DNA of 64,000 nucleotides from the human T2T-CHM13v2.0 reference genome, Homo sapiens. Location: NCBI RefSeq assembly GCF_009914755.1, contig NC_060930.1. One strand, written 5' to 3'. Each line of letters opens with the position of its first letter. The first letter of the stretch is position 1. The notes under the pieces were generated by a model. That model saw only the letters and a list, made by a program, of their open reading frames with translations. It was not told the origin of the DNA and searched no databases. Positions 38,062 to 51,161 of this stretch are shown here, one piece after another. A program made the translations under genes and the position numbers.

Positions 38062-41000
38062 GATTCCCAGGTAAGATGACCAAATAGGAACAGCTCCGGT
38101 CTGCAGCTCCCAGCAAGACCAATGCAGAAGGTGGGTGATTTCTGCATTTCCAATTGAGGTACCCGGTTCATCTCATTGGGATGGGTTAGACAGTGGGTAC
38201 AGCCCACAGAGGGCAAGGAGAAGCAGGGTGGGGCATCGCTGCACCCAGGAAGCGCAGGGGGTTAGGGAACTCCCTCCCCTAGCCAAGGGAAGCTGTGAGG
38301 GACCCTGCCCTGAGCGACTATGCACTCTGGCTCAGATACAACACTTTTCCCCATGGTCTTCACAACCCACAGACCAGGAGATTCCCTTGGGTGCTTACAC
38401 CACAACAGCCCTGGGTTTCAAGCACAAAACTGGGTGGTCATTTGGGCAGACACCAAGCTAGCTGCAGGAGTTTTTTTTCCATACCCCAGTGGCACCTAGA
38501 ATGCCAGCGAGACAGAACCATTCACACCCCTGAAAAGGGGGCTGAAGCTAAGGAGCCAACTGGTCTTGCTCAGCAGATTCCATCCCTATGGAGCCCAGCA
38601 AGCTAAGATCCACTGGCTTGAAATTCTTGCTGCCAGCACAGCAGTCAGACCTGGGACACTCGAGCTTGGTGTGGGGAGGGATGTCCATCATTACTGAGGC
38701 TCGAGTAGGCAGTTTTCCCCTCACAGTGTAAATAAAGCCACTGGGAAGTTTGGACTGGGTGAAGCCCACCACAGCACCACAAAGCCACTATAGCCAAACT
38801 GCCTCTCTAGATTCCTCCTCTCTGGGCAGGGCATCTCTGAAAGAAAAGCAGCAGCCCCAGTCAGGGTCTTATAGATAAAACTCCTATCTCCCTGGGACAG
38901 AACACCTGAGGCAAAGGGCAGCTGTGCGCACAGCTTCAGCAGACTTAAACTTTCCAGCCTGACAGCTCTGAAGAGAGCAGCACATCTCCCAGCACAGCAT
39001 TTGAGCTCTGCTAAGAAACAGACTGCCTCCTCAAGTGGGTCCCTGATTCTTGTGCCTCCTGACGGAGAGACACCTCCCAGCAAGGGTCAACAGACACCTC
39101 ATACAGGAGAGCTCCGGCTGGCATCTGGCAGGTGCCCCTCTTGGGGGAAGCTGCCAGAGGAAGGAACAGGCAGCAATCTTTGCTGTTCTGCAGCCTCCGC
39201 TGGTGACACTAAGGTAAACAGGGACTGGAGTGGACCTCCAGCAAACTCCAGCAGACCTGCAGAAGAGGGGACTGACTCTTAGAAGGAAAACTAACAAACA
39301 GAAAGGAAGAGCATGAACATCAACAAAAAGGACAACCATGCAAAAACCCCACGCGAAGGTCACCAACAGGGAAGACCAAAGGTAGATAAATCCATGAAGA
39401 TCAGCAAAAACCAGCACAAAAAGGCTGAAAATTCCAAAAACCAGAATAACTCTTCTCCTCCAAAGGATCACAACTCCTCACCAGCAAGGGAATAAAACTG
39501 GATGGAGAATGAGTTTGACTAATTGACAAAAGTAGGCTTCAGAAGGTGGGTAATAACAAACTTCTCTGAGCTAAAGGAGCATGTTCTAACTCAATGCAAG
39601 GAAGCTAAGAACCTTGATAAAAGGTTAGAGGAATTGCTAACTAGAATAACCAGATTAGAGAAGAACATAAATGACCTGATGGACCTGAAAAACACAGCAC
39701 AAGAACTTCATGAAGCATACACAAGTATCAATAGCTGAATCAATCAAGTAGAAGAGAGGATATCTGAGATTGAAGATCAACTTAATGAAATAAAGTTTGA
39801 AGACAAGATTAGAGAAAAAATAATGAAAAGGAATGAAGAAAACTTCCAAGAAATATGGGACTATGTGAAAAGGCCAAACTGACGTTTGGTTGGTGTACCT
39901 GAAAGTGATGGGGAGAATGGAACCAAGTTGGAAAACACTCTTCAGGATATTATCCAAGAGAACTTCCCCAAACTCACAAGACAGGCCAACACTCAAATTC
40001 AGGAAATACAGAGAACACCACAAAGATACTCCTCGACAAAAGCAACCCCAAGATGCATAATCGTCAGATCCACCATCGTTGAAATGAAGAAAAAAATTTA
40101 AGGGCAGTGAGAGAGAAGGGTTGGGTTATCCACAAAGGGAAGCCCATCAGACTAACAGTGGATCTCTCTGCAGAAATTCTGCAAGCCCGAAGAGAGTGGG
40201 GGCCAACATTCAACATTCTTAAAGAAAAGAATTTTCAACCCAGAATTTCATATACAGCCAAGATAAGCTTCATAAGTGAAGGAGAAATAAAATCCTTTAC
40301 AGACAAGCAAATGCTGAGGGATTTTGTCACCACCAGACCTGCCTTACAAGAGCTCCTGAAGGAAGCACTGAATATGGAAAGGAAAAACCGGGACAGGCAC
40401 TACAAAAACAAACCAAAATGTAAAGACCATTGACATTATGAGGAAACTGTATCAACTAATGGGCAAAATAACCAGCTAGCATAATAATGACAGGAGCAAA
40501 TTCAAACAACAATATTAACCTTAAATGTAAATGGGCTAAATGCCCCAGTTTGCCAGACACAGACTGGCAAACAGGATAAAGAGTCAATACCCATCAGTGT
40601 GCTGTATTCAGGAGACTTATCTCACATGCAAAGACACACATAGGCTCAAAATAAAGGGATGGAGGAAGATTTACCAAGCAAATGGGAAGCAAAACAAAAA
40701 CAAACAAACAAACAAAAAACAAAAAAAAAACCCCAGAGGTTGCAATTCTGGTCTCTGATAAAACAGAGTTTAAACAAATAAAGATCAAAAGAGACAAAGA
40801 AGGCTATTACATAATGGTAAAGGGATCAATTCAACAAGAAGAACTAAGTATCCTAAATACATATGCACCAATACAGGAGCACCCAGGTTCATAAAGCAAG
40901 TTCATAGAGACCTACAAAAAGACCTAGACTCCCACAAAATAATAGTGGAAGACTTTAACACCCCACTGGCAATATTAGGCAGATCAACAAGACAGAAAAT

Positions 41001-44000
41001 TAACACAGATATTCAGGACTTGAACTCAGCTTTGGACCAAGCCTACCTAATAGACATCTACAGAACTCTCCATCCCAAATCAACAGAGTATACATTCTTC
41101 TTAGCACCACACAGCACTTATTCTAAAATTGACCCCACAATTAGAGGGAAAACACTCTTCAGCACATGCAAAAGAAAGGAAATCATAACAAACACACTCT
41201 CAGACCACAGTGCAATCAAATTAGAACTCAAGATTAATAAACTCACTCAAAACTGCACAACTACATGGAAACTGAACAACCTGCTCCTGAACGACTACTG
41301 GGTAAGTAATGAAATTAAGGCAGAAATAAATAAGTTCTTTGAAACCAATGAGAACAAAGACACAATGTGCCAGAATCTCTGGGACACAGCTAAAGCAGTA
41401 TTTAGAGGGAAATTTATAGCACTAAATGCCCACAGGAGAAAGGGGGAAAGATCTAAAATTGACACCCTAACATCACAATTAAAAGAACTAGAGAAGCAAG
41501 AGCAAACAAATTCAAAATCAAGCAGAAGATGAGAAATAACTAAGATCAGAGCAGAACTGAAGGAGATAAAGACATGAAAAACCCTTAAAAAAATGAATGA
41601 ATCCAGGAGCTGGTTTTTTGAAAAGATTAACAAAATAGACTGCTAGCCAGACTAATAAAGAAGAAAAGAGAGAAGAATCAAATAGAAACAATAAAAAAAT
41701 GATAAAGGGGAGATCACCACTGATCCCACAGAAATACAAACTACCATCAGAGAATACTACAAACACCTCTACAAATAAACTAGTAAATAACCTAGAATAT
41801 CTAGAAGAAATGGATAAATTCCTGCACACATACAGCCTCCCAAGACTAAACTAGGAAGAAGTCGAATCCCCGAATAGACCAATAACAAGTTCTAAAACTG
41901 TGGTATTAATTAATAGCCTACCAACCAAAAAAAAAAAAAAAAAAAAAAAAGCCCAGGACGAGATGGATTCACAGCCGTATTCTAACAGAGGTACAAAGAA
42001 AGAGGAGCTGGTACCATTCCTTCTGAAACTATTCCAAACAATAGAAAAAGAAGGGCTCCTCTCTAACTCATTTTATCACATCAGCATCATCCTGATACCA
42101 AAACCTGGCAGAGACACAACAAAACAAGAAAATTTCAGGCCAATATCTCTGACGAACATTGACACAAAAGTCCTCAATAAAATACTTGCAAACCGAATCC
42201 AGCAGCACATCAAAACTTATCCACCATGATCAAGTGGGCTTCATCCCTGGGATGCAAGGCTGGTTCAACATATGCGAATCAATAAATGTAATCCATCACA
42301 TAAACAGAACCAATAACAAAAACCACATGATTATCTCAATAGATGCAGAAAAGGCCTTCAATAAAATTCAACAACCCTTCATGCTAAAAACACTCAATAA
42401 ACTAGGTATTGATGAAACATATCTCAAAATAATAAGAGCTATTTATGCTAAACCCACAGCCAATATCATACTGAATGGACAAAAGCTGGAAGCATTCCCT
42501 TTCAAAACTGGCACAAGACAAGGATGCCCTCTCTCACCACTCCTATTCAACATAGTATTGGAAGGTCTGGCCAGGGCAATCAGGCAAGAGAAAGAAATAA
42601 AGGGTATTCCAATAGGAAAAGAAGAAGTCAAATTGTCTCTCTTTGCAGACGACATGATTGTATATTTAGAAAACCCCATTGTCTCAGCACAAAAACTCCT
42701 TAAGCTGATAGGCAACTTCAGCAAAATCTCAGGATGCAAAATCAATATACAAAAATCACAAGCATTCCTATATACCAATAATAAGCAAATAGAGAGCCAA
42801 ATCATGAGTGAACTCCCATTCACAATTGCTACTAAGAGAATAAAGTACCTAGGAATACAGTTAACAAGGGATGTGAAGGACCTCTTCAAGAAAAACTACA
42901 AACCACTGCTCGAGGAAATAAGAGAGGACACAAACAAATGGAAAAACCTTCCATGCTCATGGATAGGAAGAGTCAATATCATGAAACTGACCATAGGGCC
43001 CAAAGTAATTTATAGATTCAATGTTATTCCCATCAAACTACCACTGACCTCCTTCACAGAATTAGAAAAAACTACTTTAAATTTCATATGGAACCAAAAA
43101 AGAGCCCATATAGCCCAGACAATCCTAAGCAAAAAAAACACAAAAAAACGAAGCAAACAAAAAAAAAAAAAAACAAAGCTGGAGGCATCATGCTACCTGA
43201 CTTCAAACTATACTACAAGGCTACAGTAACCCAAACAGCATGGTATTGGAACCAAAACAGATATATAGACCAATGGAACAGAACAGAGGCCTCAGAAATA
43301 ACACCACACATCTACAACTATATGATCTTTCACAAACCTGACAAAAACAAGCAACGGGGAAAGGATTCCCTATTTAATAAATGGTGTTGGGAAAACTGGC
43401 AGAAAACTGAAACTGGACCCCTTTCCTTACAACTTATACAAAAATTAACTCAATATGGATTAAAGATTTAAACATAACACCTAAAACTATAAAAACCCTA
43501 GAAGAAAACCTTGGGAATACCATTCAGGCCATAGGCATGGGCAAATATTTCATGACTAAAACACCAAAAGCAATGGCAACAAAAGCAAAATTGACAAATG
43601 GGATCTAATTAAACTAAAGAGCTTCTGCACAGCAAAGGAAACTATCATCTGAGTGAACAGGCAACCTACAGAATGGGAGAAATTTTTGCAATCTATCCAT
43701 CTGACAATGGGCTAATATCCAGAATCTACAAGGAACTTAAATTTACAAGAAAAAAACCAAAACACTCCATCAGAAAGTGGGCAAAGGATATGAACAGACA
43801 TTTTCAAAAGAAGGCATGTATGTGGCCAAAAAACATAAAAAAAAGCTCATCATCACTGGTCATTAGAGAAATGCCAATCAGAACCACAATGAGATATCAT
43901 CTCATGCCTTTTGGAATGGTAATTGTTAAAAAGTCAGGAAACAACAGATGCTGGAGAGGATATGGAGAAATAGAAATGCTTTTACACACTGTTGGTGGGA

Positions 44001-45680
44001 GTGTAAATTAGTTCAACCACTATGGAAGACAGTGTGGCGACTCCTCAAGGATCTAGAAATAGAAAAATCATTTGACCCAGCAATCCCATTACTGGGTATA
44101 TACCCAAAGGATTATTGTTGCGGGAAGTCAGGGACCCCAAACAGAGGGACCGGCTGAAGCCATGACAGAAGAACGTGGATTGTGAAGATTTTATAGACAT
44201 TTATTAGTTCCCCAAATTGATACTTTTATAATTTCTTATGCCTGTCTTTACTGCAATCTCTAAACACAAATTGTAAAGATTTCATGGACACTTATCACTT
44301 CCCCAATCAATACCCTTGTGATTTCCTATGCCTATCTTTGCTTTAATCTCTTAATCCTGTCAGCTAAGAAGGATGTATGTCACCTCAGGACCCTGTAATA
44401 ATTGCGTTAACTGCACAAATTGTACAGCACAGCATGTGTGTTTGAGCAATATGAAATCTGAGCACCTTGAAAAAAGAACAGGATAACAGCAATTGTTCAG
44501 GGAATAAGAGAGATAACCTTAAACTCTGACCATTGGTGAGCTGGGCAGAACAGAGGCATATTTCTCTTCTTTCAAAAGCGAATGGGAGAAATATCACCGA
44601 ATTCTTTTTCTCAGCATGGAATATCCCTGAGAAAGAGAATGCGCACCTAGGGGTAGGTCTCTGAACTGGCCCCCCCGGGGCACACCTGTCTCTTATGGTT
44701 GAGTCTGCAGAGATGAAATAGACTCCAGTCTCCCATAGCGCTCTCAGGCTTATTAGGAAGAGGAAATTCCCGCCTAACAAATTTTGGTCAGACCAGTTGA
44801 TCTCAAAACCCTGTCTCCTGATAAGATGTTATCAATGACAATGGTGCCCGAAACTTCATTAGCAATTTTAATTTCGCCTCGGTCCTGTGGTCCTGTGATC
44901 TCACCCTGTCTCCACTTGCCTTGTGATATTCTATTACCCTGTTAAGTACTTGATGTCTGTCACCCACACCTATTTGCATACTCCCTCCCCTTTTGAAAAT
45001 CCCTAATAAAAACTTGCTGGTTTTTGTGGCTTTTGGGGCATCACGGATCCTACCAACATGTGATGTCTCCCCCGGATGCCCAGCTTTAAAATTTCTCTCT
45101 TCTGTACTCTGTCCCTTTATTTCTCAAGCCAGCCGATGCTTAGGAAAATAGAAAAGAACCTACGTGATTTTTGGGGCAGGTCCCCTGAAAGATTATAAAT
45201 CATTCTATGATAAAGACACATGCACACGTATGTTTATTGCAGCACTGTTCACAACAGCAAAGACTTGGAACCAATCCAAATGCCCATCAATGTTAGACTG
45301 GATAAAGAAAATGTGGCACATATACACCATGGAATACTATGTAGCCATATAAAAGAATGAGTTCACGTCCTTTGCAGGGACATGGATGAAGCTGGAAACC
45401 ATCATTCTCAGCAAACTAACACAGGAACAGAAAACCAAACACCGCATGTTCTCACTCATAAGTGGGAACTGAACAATGAGAACACATGGACACAGGGAGG
45501 GGAACATCACACAGCGGGGCATGTCAGGGGGTGGAAGGCAAGGGGAGGGATAGCATTAGGAAATACCTAATGTGGATGACGGGTTGATGAGTGCAGCAAA
45601 CCACCATGGCACATGTATACCTATGTAACAAAGCTGCATGTTCTGCACATATATCCCAGAACTTAAAGTATATAAAAAAA
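38062..45680 (+). mobile_element. Full-length L1PA7-like element with disrupted ORFs, carrying a MER11 LTR
   Basis: Long 5'UTR (aagatgaccaaataggaacagctcc), ORF1 remnant from ~39400, ORF2 remnants 40487-45470, 3'UTR. Confidence 0.92.
44116..45190 (+). mobile_element. MER11 solo LTR (HERV-K HML-8 group)
   Basis: Begins tgttgcgggaagtcagggaccccaaac; 1075 bp; aataaa near 45005; 6-bp TSD gattat at 44110-44115 and 45191-45196. Confidence 0.9.
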
Positions 45681-47034
45681 TTCTTCCAATCATAATAATG
45701 TCCCTGTTAAAAATTAGTTTTTTTAATTTCATAATTTTAATTAAGATAATCAAGGCTTGAATAATTAGTGCATTCTCAGAGATTTGGCTGACAAAAAAAT
45801 TAGTATCTACAAAAAGCAATTTAACAACATTATTCAGTTTTGATAATGGTTCCACAGACAAAGTAGACTGGCACAGAAGTGATATTAATTTACTGGATTA
45901 AAAACTTCTTATGGTCAGGAGCAAACACTCAATAGATCACTGTTAGAGAATAAATACTTGGTATTAAGGAAGCACTTAAAAAAGGGTGGAACTTCTTTAG
46001 CACTAGGTGTTACACTAAATGCATGTGGTGCCACTGAAGACTTATGAAAATTTACAAGCCTGAGAAAAGGAAAAAGACTGGGGCAAAAGTAAGGAATAAG
46101 ACATATGGAAATATAAGAGAGCTCAAAAAAAGGAGATAAGGAGGGTATATATTGGTAATTATACTAATGATCTTACTATTCACATTATCTCAATTCTGCA
46201 CCCTTCAGAATTTATAACTGAAGCATCTATTTATTTGAAGTTAATAGTAATCACTATCAAATCTCACCTTGTTTTTGTCTCCCACATTTCTATCTTTACA
46301 ATCTGACGTGTCTGAGAATTTAAAAATATTATCTTAATATTATAAGTATTTTTCTCATCACAAAAGCAATATTTGTTTATCAGAAATGTTTGAGAGCACT
46401 GAAAAGTAAAATTAAAACCAAAGAATACCAATAATCTCTACCCATTCAGAACTACCCAACATTAGCACCTTGATGTATATTCTTCCAGGTCCTTTTCTTT
46501 GTATCTATGCATATATAAGATTATCTGTCCAAATTTGGGATGATAGCATAGAGTATATTTTAACCTCTTTTCACAAAGGAATATATGATGAAAGCTTTCG
46601 TGTCAATAGACAAACATCTGTACTGGTACTCTGCTCTCCTAGAATGTATGAATAAATTAACAGCACCTCATCACACCTCCAGTGGTATATAATAAGTATG
46701 TCTATTTTGTTGCAGTCTCAAATAAGGTATCTTTTCATATCATGCCTATATCATGAAATATACATATAAATATATAAGAAGTAACAATAAATTCATATCT
46801 GTACCTGCTATATGTGTGTCTCTGTGTGGCACATAGGCACAAAACTGTTCTCAAGCAGCATTCATTTATATTCCTTTTATATTACTGTTGTGCATTTTTT
46901 CATAAGTTTATTGACCATTTTTATTTCTTCATTTGTAAATTATCTGTGTCCATATGTCCTTAGGCAATTTGTATAGTGGAGATTTCACATTTTCTTACTT
47001 ACTTTAAAGTGTTCTCTTTTTTTATGTCTTCTTT

Positions 47035-47330
47035 TAAAATTATTTTTTAGAGACAAGTTCTCACTCTGTTGTCTATCCTGGAGTGCAGTGGCATGATCAT
47101 AGACAGCTCACTATAGCCTCGAACTCCGAGACTCAAGGAATCCTCCCACCTTGGCCTCCCAAGTAACTAGGACTACAGGCACCATACCTGGCTAATTTTA
47201 TTTTAATTTTTGCAGAGACAAGGTCTTGCTTATGTTGCCCAGGCTGGTCTTGAACTCCTGGGCTCAAGTGATCCTCTCACTTCACCTCCTAAAGTGTTGG
47301 GATTACAGGTGTGAGTCACTGAGCCTAGTC
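47035..47330 (-). mobile_element. AluJ, embedded in probable L1ME remnants (~46320-47430)
   Basis: Diverged reverse-complement Alu dimer (gaactcctgggctcaagtgatcc). Confidence 0.85.
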
Positions 47331-48346
47331 TAATATTCTCTTACTGACCTGAAAGTATTCTTTAAATATTAAGAACATTATACACCTTTATCTTCTATAC
47401 TGATGTAACTATTCCTCATTCTAGCATTTATTTTTAAACTCAATTTATAATCTACAGAAAATTATTTTCTTTGTTACCATTTCTCATTTTTTGTTATGGA
47501 TTCTATAAATAAATAATATATAACTTTTGCTGTTTTGTTGCCTCATGTCATCAATAAGAATAAGCAAAGTAACCATCACATTCAGGTAAGAGTCTAAAAC
47601 CAGTACCACTAAAATGTCAGCATGCATATGAGCTGGCATGATTATTAAAAAGTGCTAGAAATAAAAATGATTAAAATTTAGTTGTGATTCAGTATGTCTG
47701 GAGCAGGGTGCAAAATTCTGCATTCTTAACACATGCCCCTGATAATTCTGAAGTGGTGAGAACTTGTATTATTAAGTTATTTCGAACTTGTATTATTAAG
47801 TTAAAATAAAACCATTCTACTTCCTACTAGGTTTCTGTCTCATTTAAATAAATTTTCCATTTTGTTCTATACAATCAGTATTTCTAAAATTTACATAAAA
47901 ATTTCAAGGAGTTCCTGCTAGTTATAGTGTGCATAAAATCAAACTAAAGAAAGACCCCATTCTCTTTCCCAAGGCACTAGTGTAGTGTCTCAGGAAACAG
48001 ATAAATAAATTCTTGATAAAATCTATTAAGATCTTCTAATTTAGAGAGGGTGGGGCAAAATGAGACCACAAAGAGCAAGCAAATGAAACTCCAAGCCAAA
48101 CTCCTGGGAGTTGAGAATTTTCTTCTCTCCCCTGGCTTTACTAATGATGACTGGTATTCATTCCAATACAGGATCACTTGTCTGAAGTGGCAAGGGTACA
48201 CTGTACACATCAACCAGAGGCCAGACTAAACATAAAACTAGACACAGAAAAGCTGAGACCTGGAGCAATGGTTTAATAAGCAAAGAATACGCAGAAATCA
48301 CATTCTCCTACTCATTCTGCCCGTGACCTCTTGAGGACTGATCATG

Positions 48347-49037
48347 TGCTATGGGTTGAAAGGTGTTGCCCCCAAATTCATATGTTGAATCCCTAATCCC
48401 AGTACCTCAGAATGTGACGTATTTGGAGACAGAGTATTTAAAGAAGTAATTAAGTTGAATGAGGTCATTAGAGTGGGCCCTAATCCAATATGACTGGTCC
48501 TTTTAAGAAGAGGAAATTGGCCGGGTGCGGTGGCTCACGTCTGTAATCCCAGCACTTTGGGAGGCTGAGGCGGGTGGATCACGAGGTCCGGAGTTTAAGA
48601 CCAGCCTGGCCAAGATGGTGAAACCCATCTCTACTAAATATACAAAAATTAGTCGGGCGTGGTGGTGGGCGCCTGTAATCCCAGCTACTCAGGAGGCTGA
48701 GGCAGAGAATTGCTTGAACCCGGGAGGCGGAGGTTGCAGTGAGCTGAGATCATGCCACTGCACTCCAGCCTGGGCAACAGAGCAAGACTCCATCTCAAAA
48801 AAAAAAAAAAAAGAAGAGGAAATTAGGATACAGACATACACAGAAGAAAAACTGTATGAAGACACCAGAGGAAGACGGGCATCTACAAGTCAAGGACACA
48901 AACCACAGAAGAAACCAACCCTACCAACACATTGATCTTGGACTTCCAGCCCCCAGAACTGTGAGAAAATAAATTTCTGTCAGTTAAGCCACCTAGTCTA
49001 TGGCTCTTTGTTACAATAACCCTAAAAAAAAGAATAT
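48347..49037 (+). mobile_element. MLT1B-like solo LTR interrupted by an Alu
   Basis: cccccaaattcatatgttgaa...cctcagaatgtgac...ccagaactgtgagaaaataaatttctg. Confidence 0.85.
48519..48810 (+). mobile_element. AluSg-like
   Basis: Full dimer; TSD aagaagaggaaatt at 48505-48518 and 48811-48824. Confidence 0.93.
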
Positions 49038-49429
49038 CCCATATAACGTATGAAAAGGTTCTTTAAGACATAATAATGTCCAAACAAGCAGGAAGGGAAC
49101 ACAAGGAACATCTACTCAAATTATTTTTAGTCAAATAGCAAGCCTCAATATTAGTCATATACAAGAAAAACAGACATATAATCAACATAATTTCTATGAA
49201 AAGATTTGGCAACAGCAAAAAAAGAAGGAATTAAACATGACATGTTCTAAAGAAAATTTACTTCACGTAACAAGTAAACTTTATATAGCAACTGCTTCAC
49301 AATTAAAGAAAATATGGACTGTGAAATAACAGAGGAAAGATGAGATGAAAATATAAACACAAACACCCTACCTAATTTAATACTTAGTATTATTAACTTA
49401 AAGAATAAGAGTATTTTCCATCTAAACAA

Positions 49430-50135
49430 AATCAAAATGGCCATTATTTTAAAGTCAAAAAAAACAATAGATGTTGGCACCATGTGGTGAAAAGGGAAAA
49501 CTTATACACTGTTATTGAGAATGTAAATTAGTATATCATCTATGGAAAACAACATGGCGATTTCTCAAAGAACATAAAGTAGATCTACTATTCAATCCAG
49601 CAATCCCACTACTGGGTATCCACCCAAAGGAAAAGAAGCCATTATATCAAAAAGACACCTGCACATGTATGTTTATCACAGCACAATCCACAATTGCGAA
49701 GATATGAAATCAACCTCAAGTGCCCATCAACCAATGAGTGGATAAAGAAAATTTTCACATATATATCATAGTATACCACTCAGTCATAAGAAAGGATAAA
49801 ACAATGTCCTTTGCAGCCACTTGGATGAAACTGGAGGCTATTAACCTAAATGAAATAACTTAGGAATGGAAGACCAAATACTGCATATTTTCACTTATAA
49901 GTGGGAGTTAAGCTATGGGTACATAGGAGTATACAAAGCAGTATAATGGACACTGGAGACTCAGATGGGAGGAGGGTAGGAGGTAGGTAAAGGATAAAAA
50001 ATTACCTATTGGGTACAATGTTTTTCAGGTGATGGGTACACTAAAAGCTCAGAGTTCACCATTATATAATTCATCCGTGTAACCAAAAACCACTTGTACC
50101 CTTAAGGCTATTAAAATAAAAAATAAAAATAAAAA
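49430..50135 (+). mobile_element. L1PB-like 3' end
   Basis: Decayed ORF2 C-terminus, 3'UTR gtaaccaaaaaccacttgtaccc, A-rich tail. Confidence 0.8.
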
Positions 50136-51161
50136 AATAAGAATATTTTTTAGCCAAGTACTTCTGTGTACTTCTGTTTTGGCATCTTAGTTCCTTAAAT
50201 TTCCTTTAGTTGAAAGCTGCAGAAGCTTAAAAGCAGTCAGGCAAGTGTATCTTTATGGCAAGTGAAGACTGTCTTATTAACTGGCAGCTAATTCCATTTC
50301 TATTTTCATTACTATCCAGTACATGTAGGTATGATAAAAGAGGAAAACATTTATAATTTGTATTTAAAGGGGATTTACTTTTATTAAAATTTGCTAGGTT
50401 ATTCTGGATAAGAAACTAAGTGATATTATCAAGCAGTTTCTATATTTTTATTATTAAGTGTAAAATATGCAGAGATTCAAAAAAGCAATTAAGATTAAAA
50501 ATTAGTACTACAGGAACATTTTGACTAAAATCAGTTTTCCATATGTGAAACTGCCACTACATAAAAACACCATTACATTTTAAATGAACTCATAGACTCA
50601 GTCATAATTAAGTTTTCCTTCCTGTCTTCTCAGTAAAGCAGCAGTGAAAGAATAAATACAAAAAATACAAAATGTCAGAATGAATAAAATAAGAACATTA
50701 TGAGTAGCAACTCAGTTGATTCCAAATATTTTTCTATTCTTCACACACATTATGAGTTAAAGACCATAAAAATTTAGATTAGGATGTTTTACAGGTTACA
50801 ATATTACTAACATATTTTGAACTCCAAGAGCTCAAATGGAGAAAGTAATATGTTGGAGCATTTCTATCTATTTTAAGCAACAGAAAAGTTAATCCAGAAT
50901 CTTAAACAACTTCTATTTTTATCCTGAACAGCACTGTATTGCTAACGGAATACAGTTGATATGTGTAGCCCGAAAGTCAATAAAATTAAGGGCAAATTGA
51001 GTCAAAGATGAAAACATATTTTGCTTAATAAATACAACACACCTTGATCAGTTTTTAGAAAAAAAATACTTGCCCCAAAATTAATTATTCTGATTAACCA
51101 AATAATATGTAACTATTTCTTTGCTTAGAAATGTGAAATACTGATATAAAACTCCAAGTCA

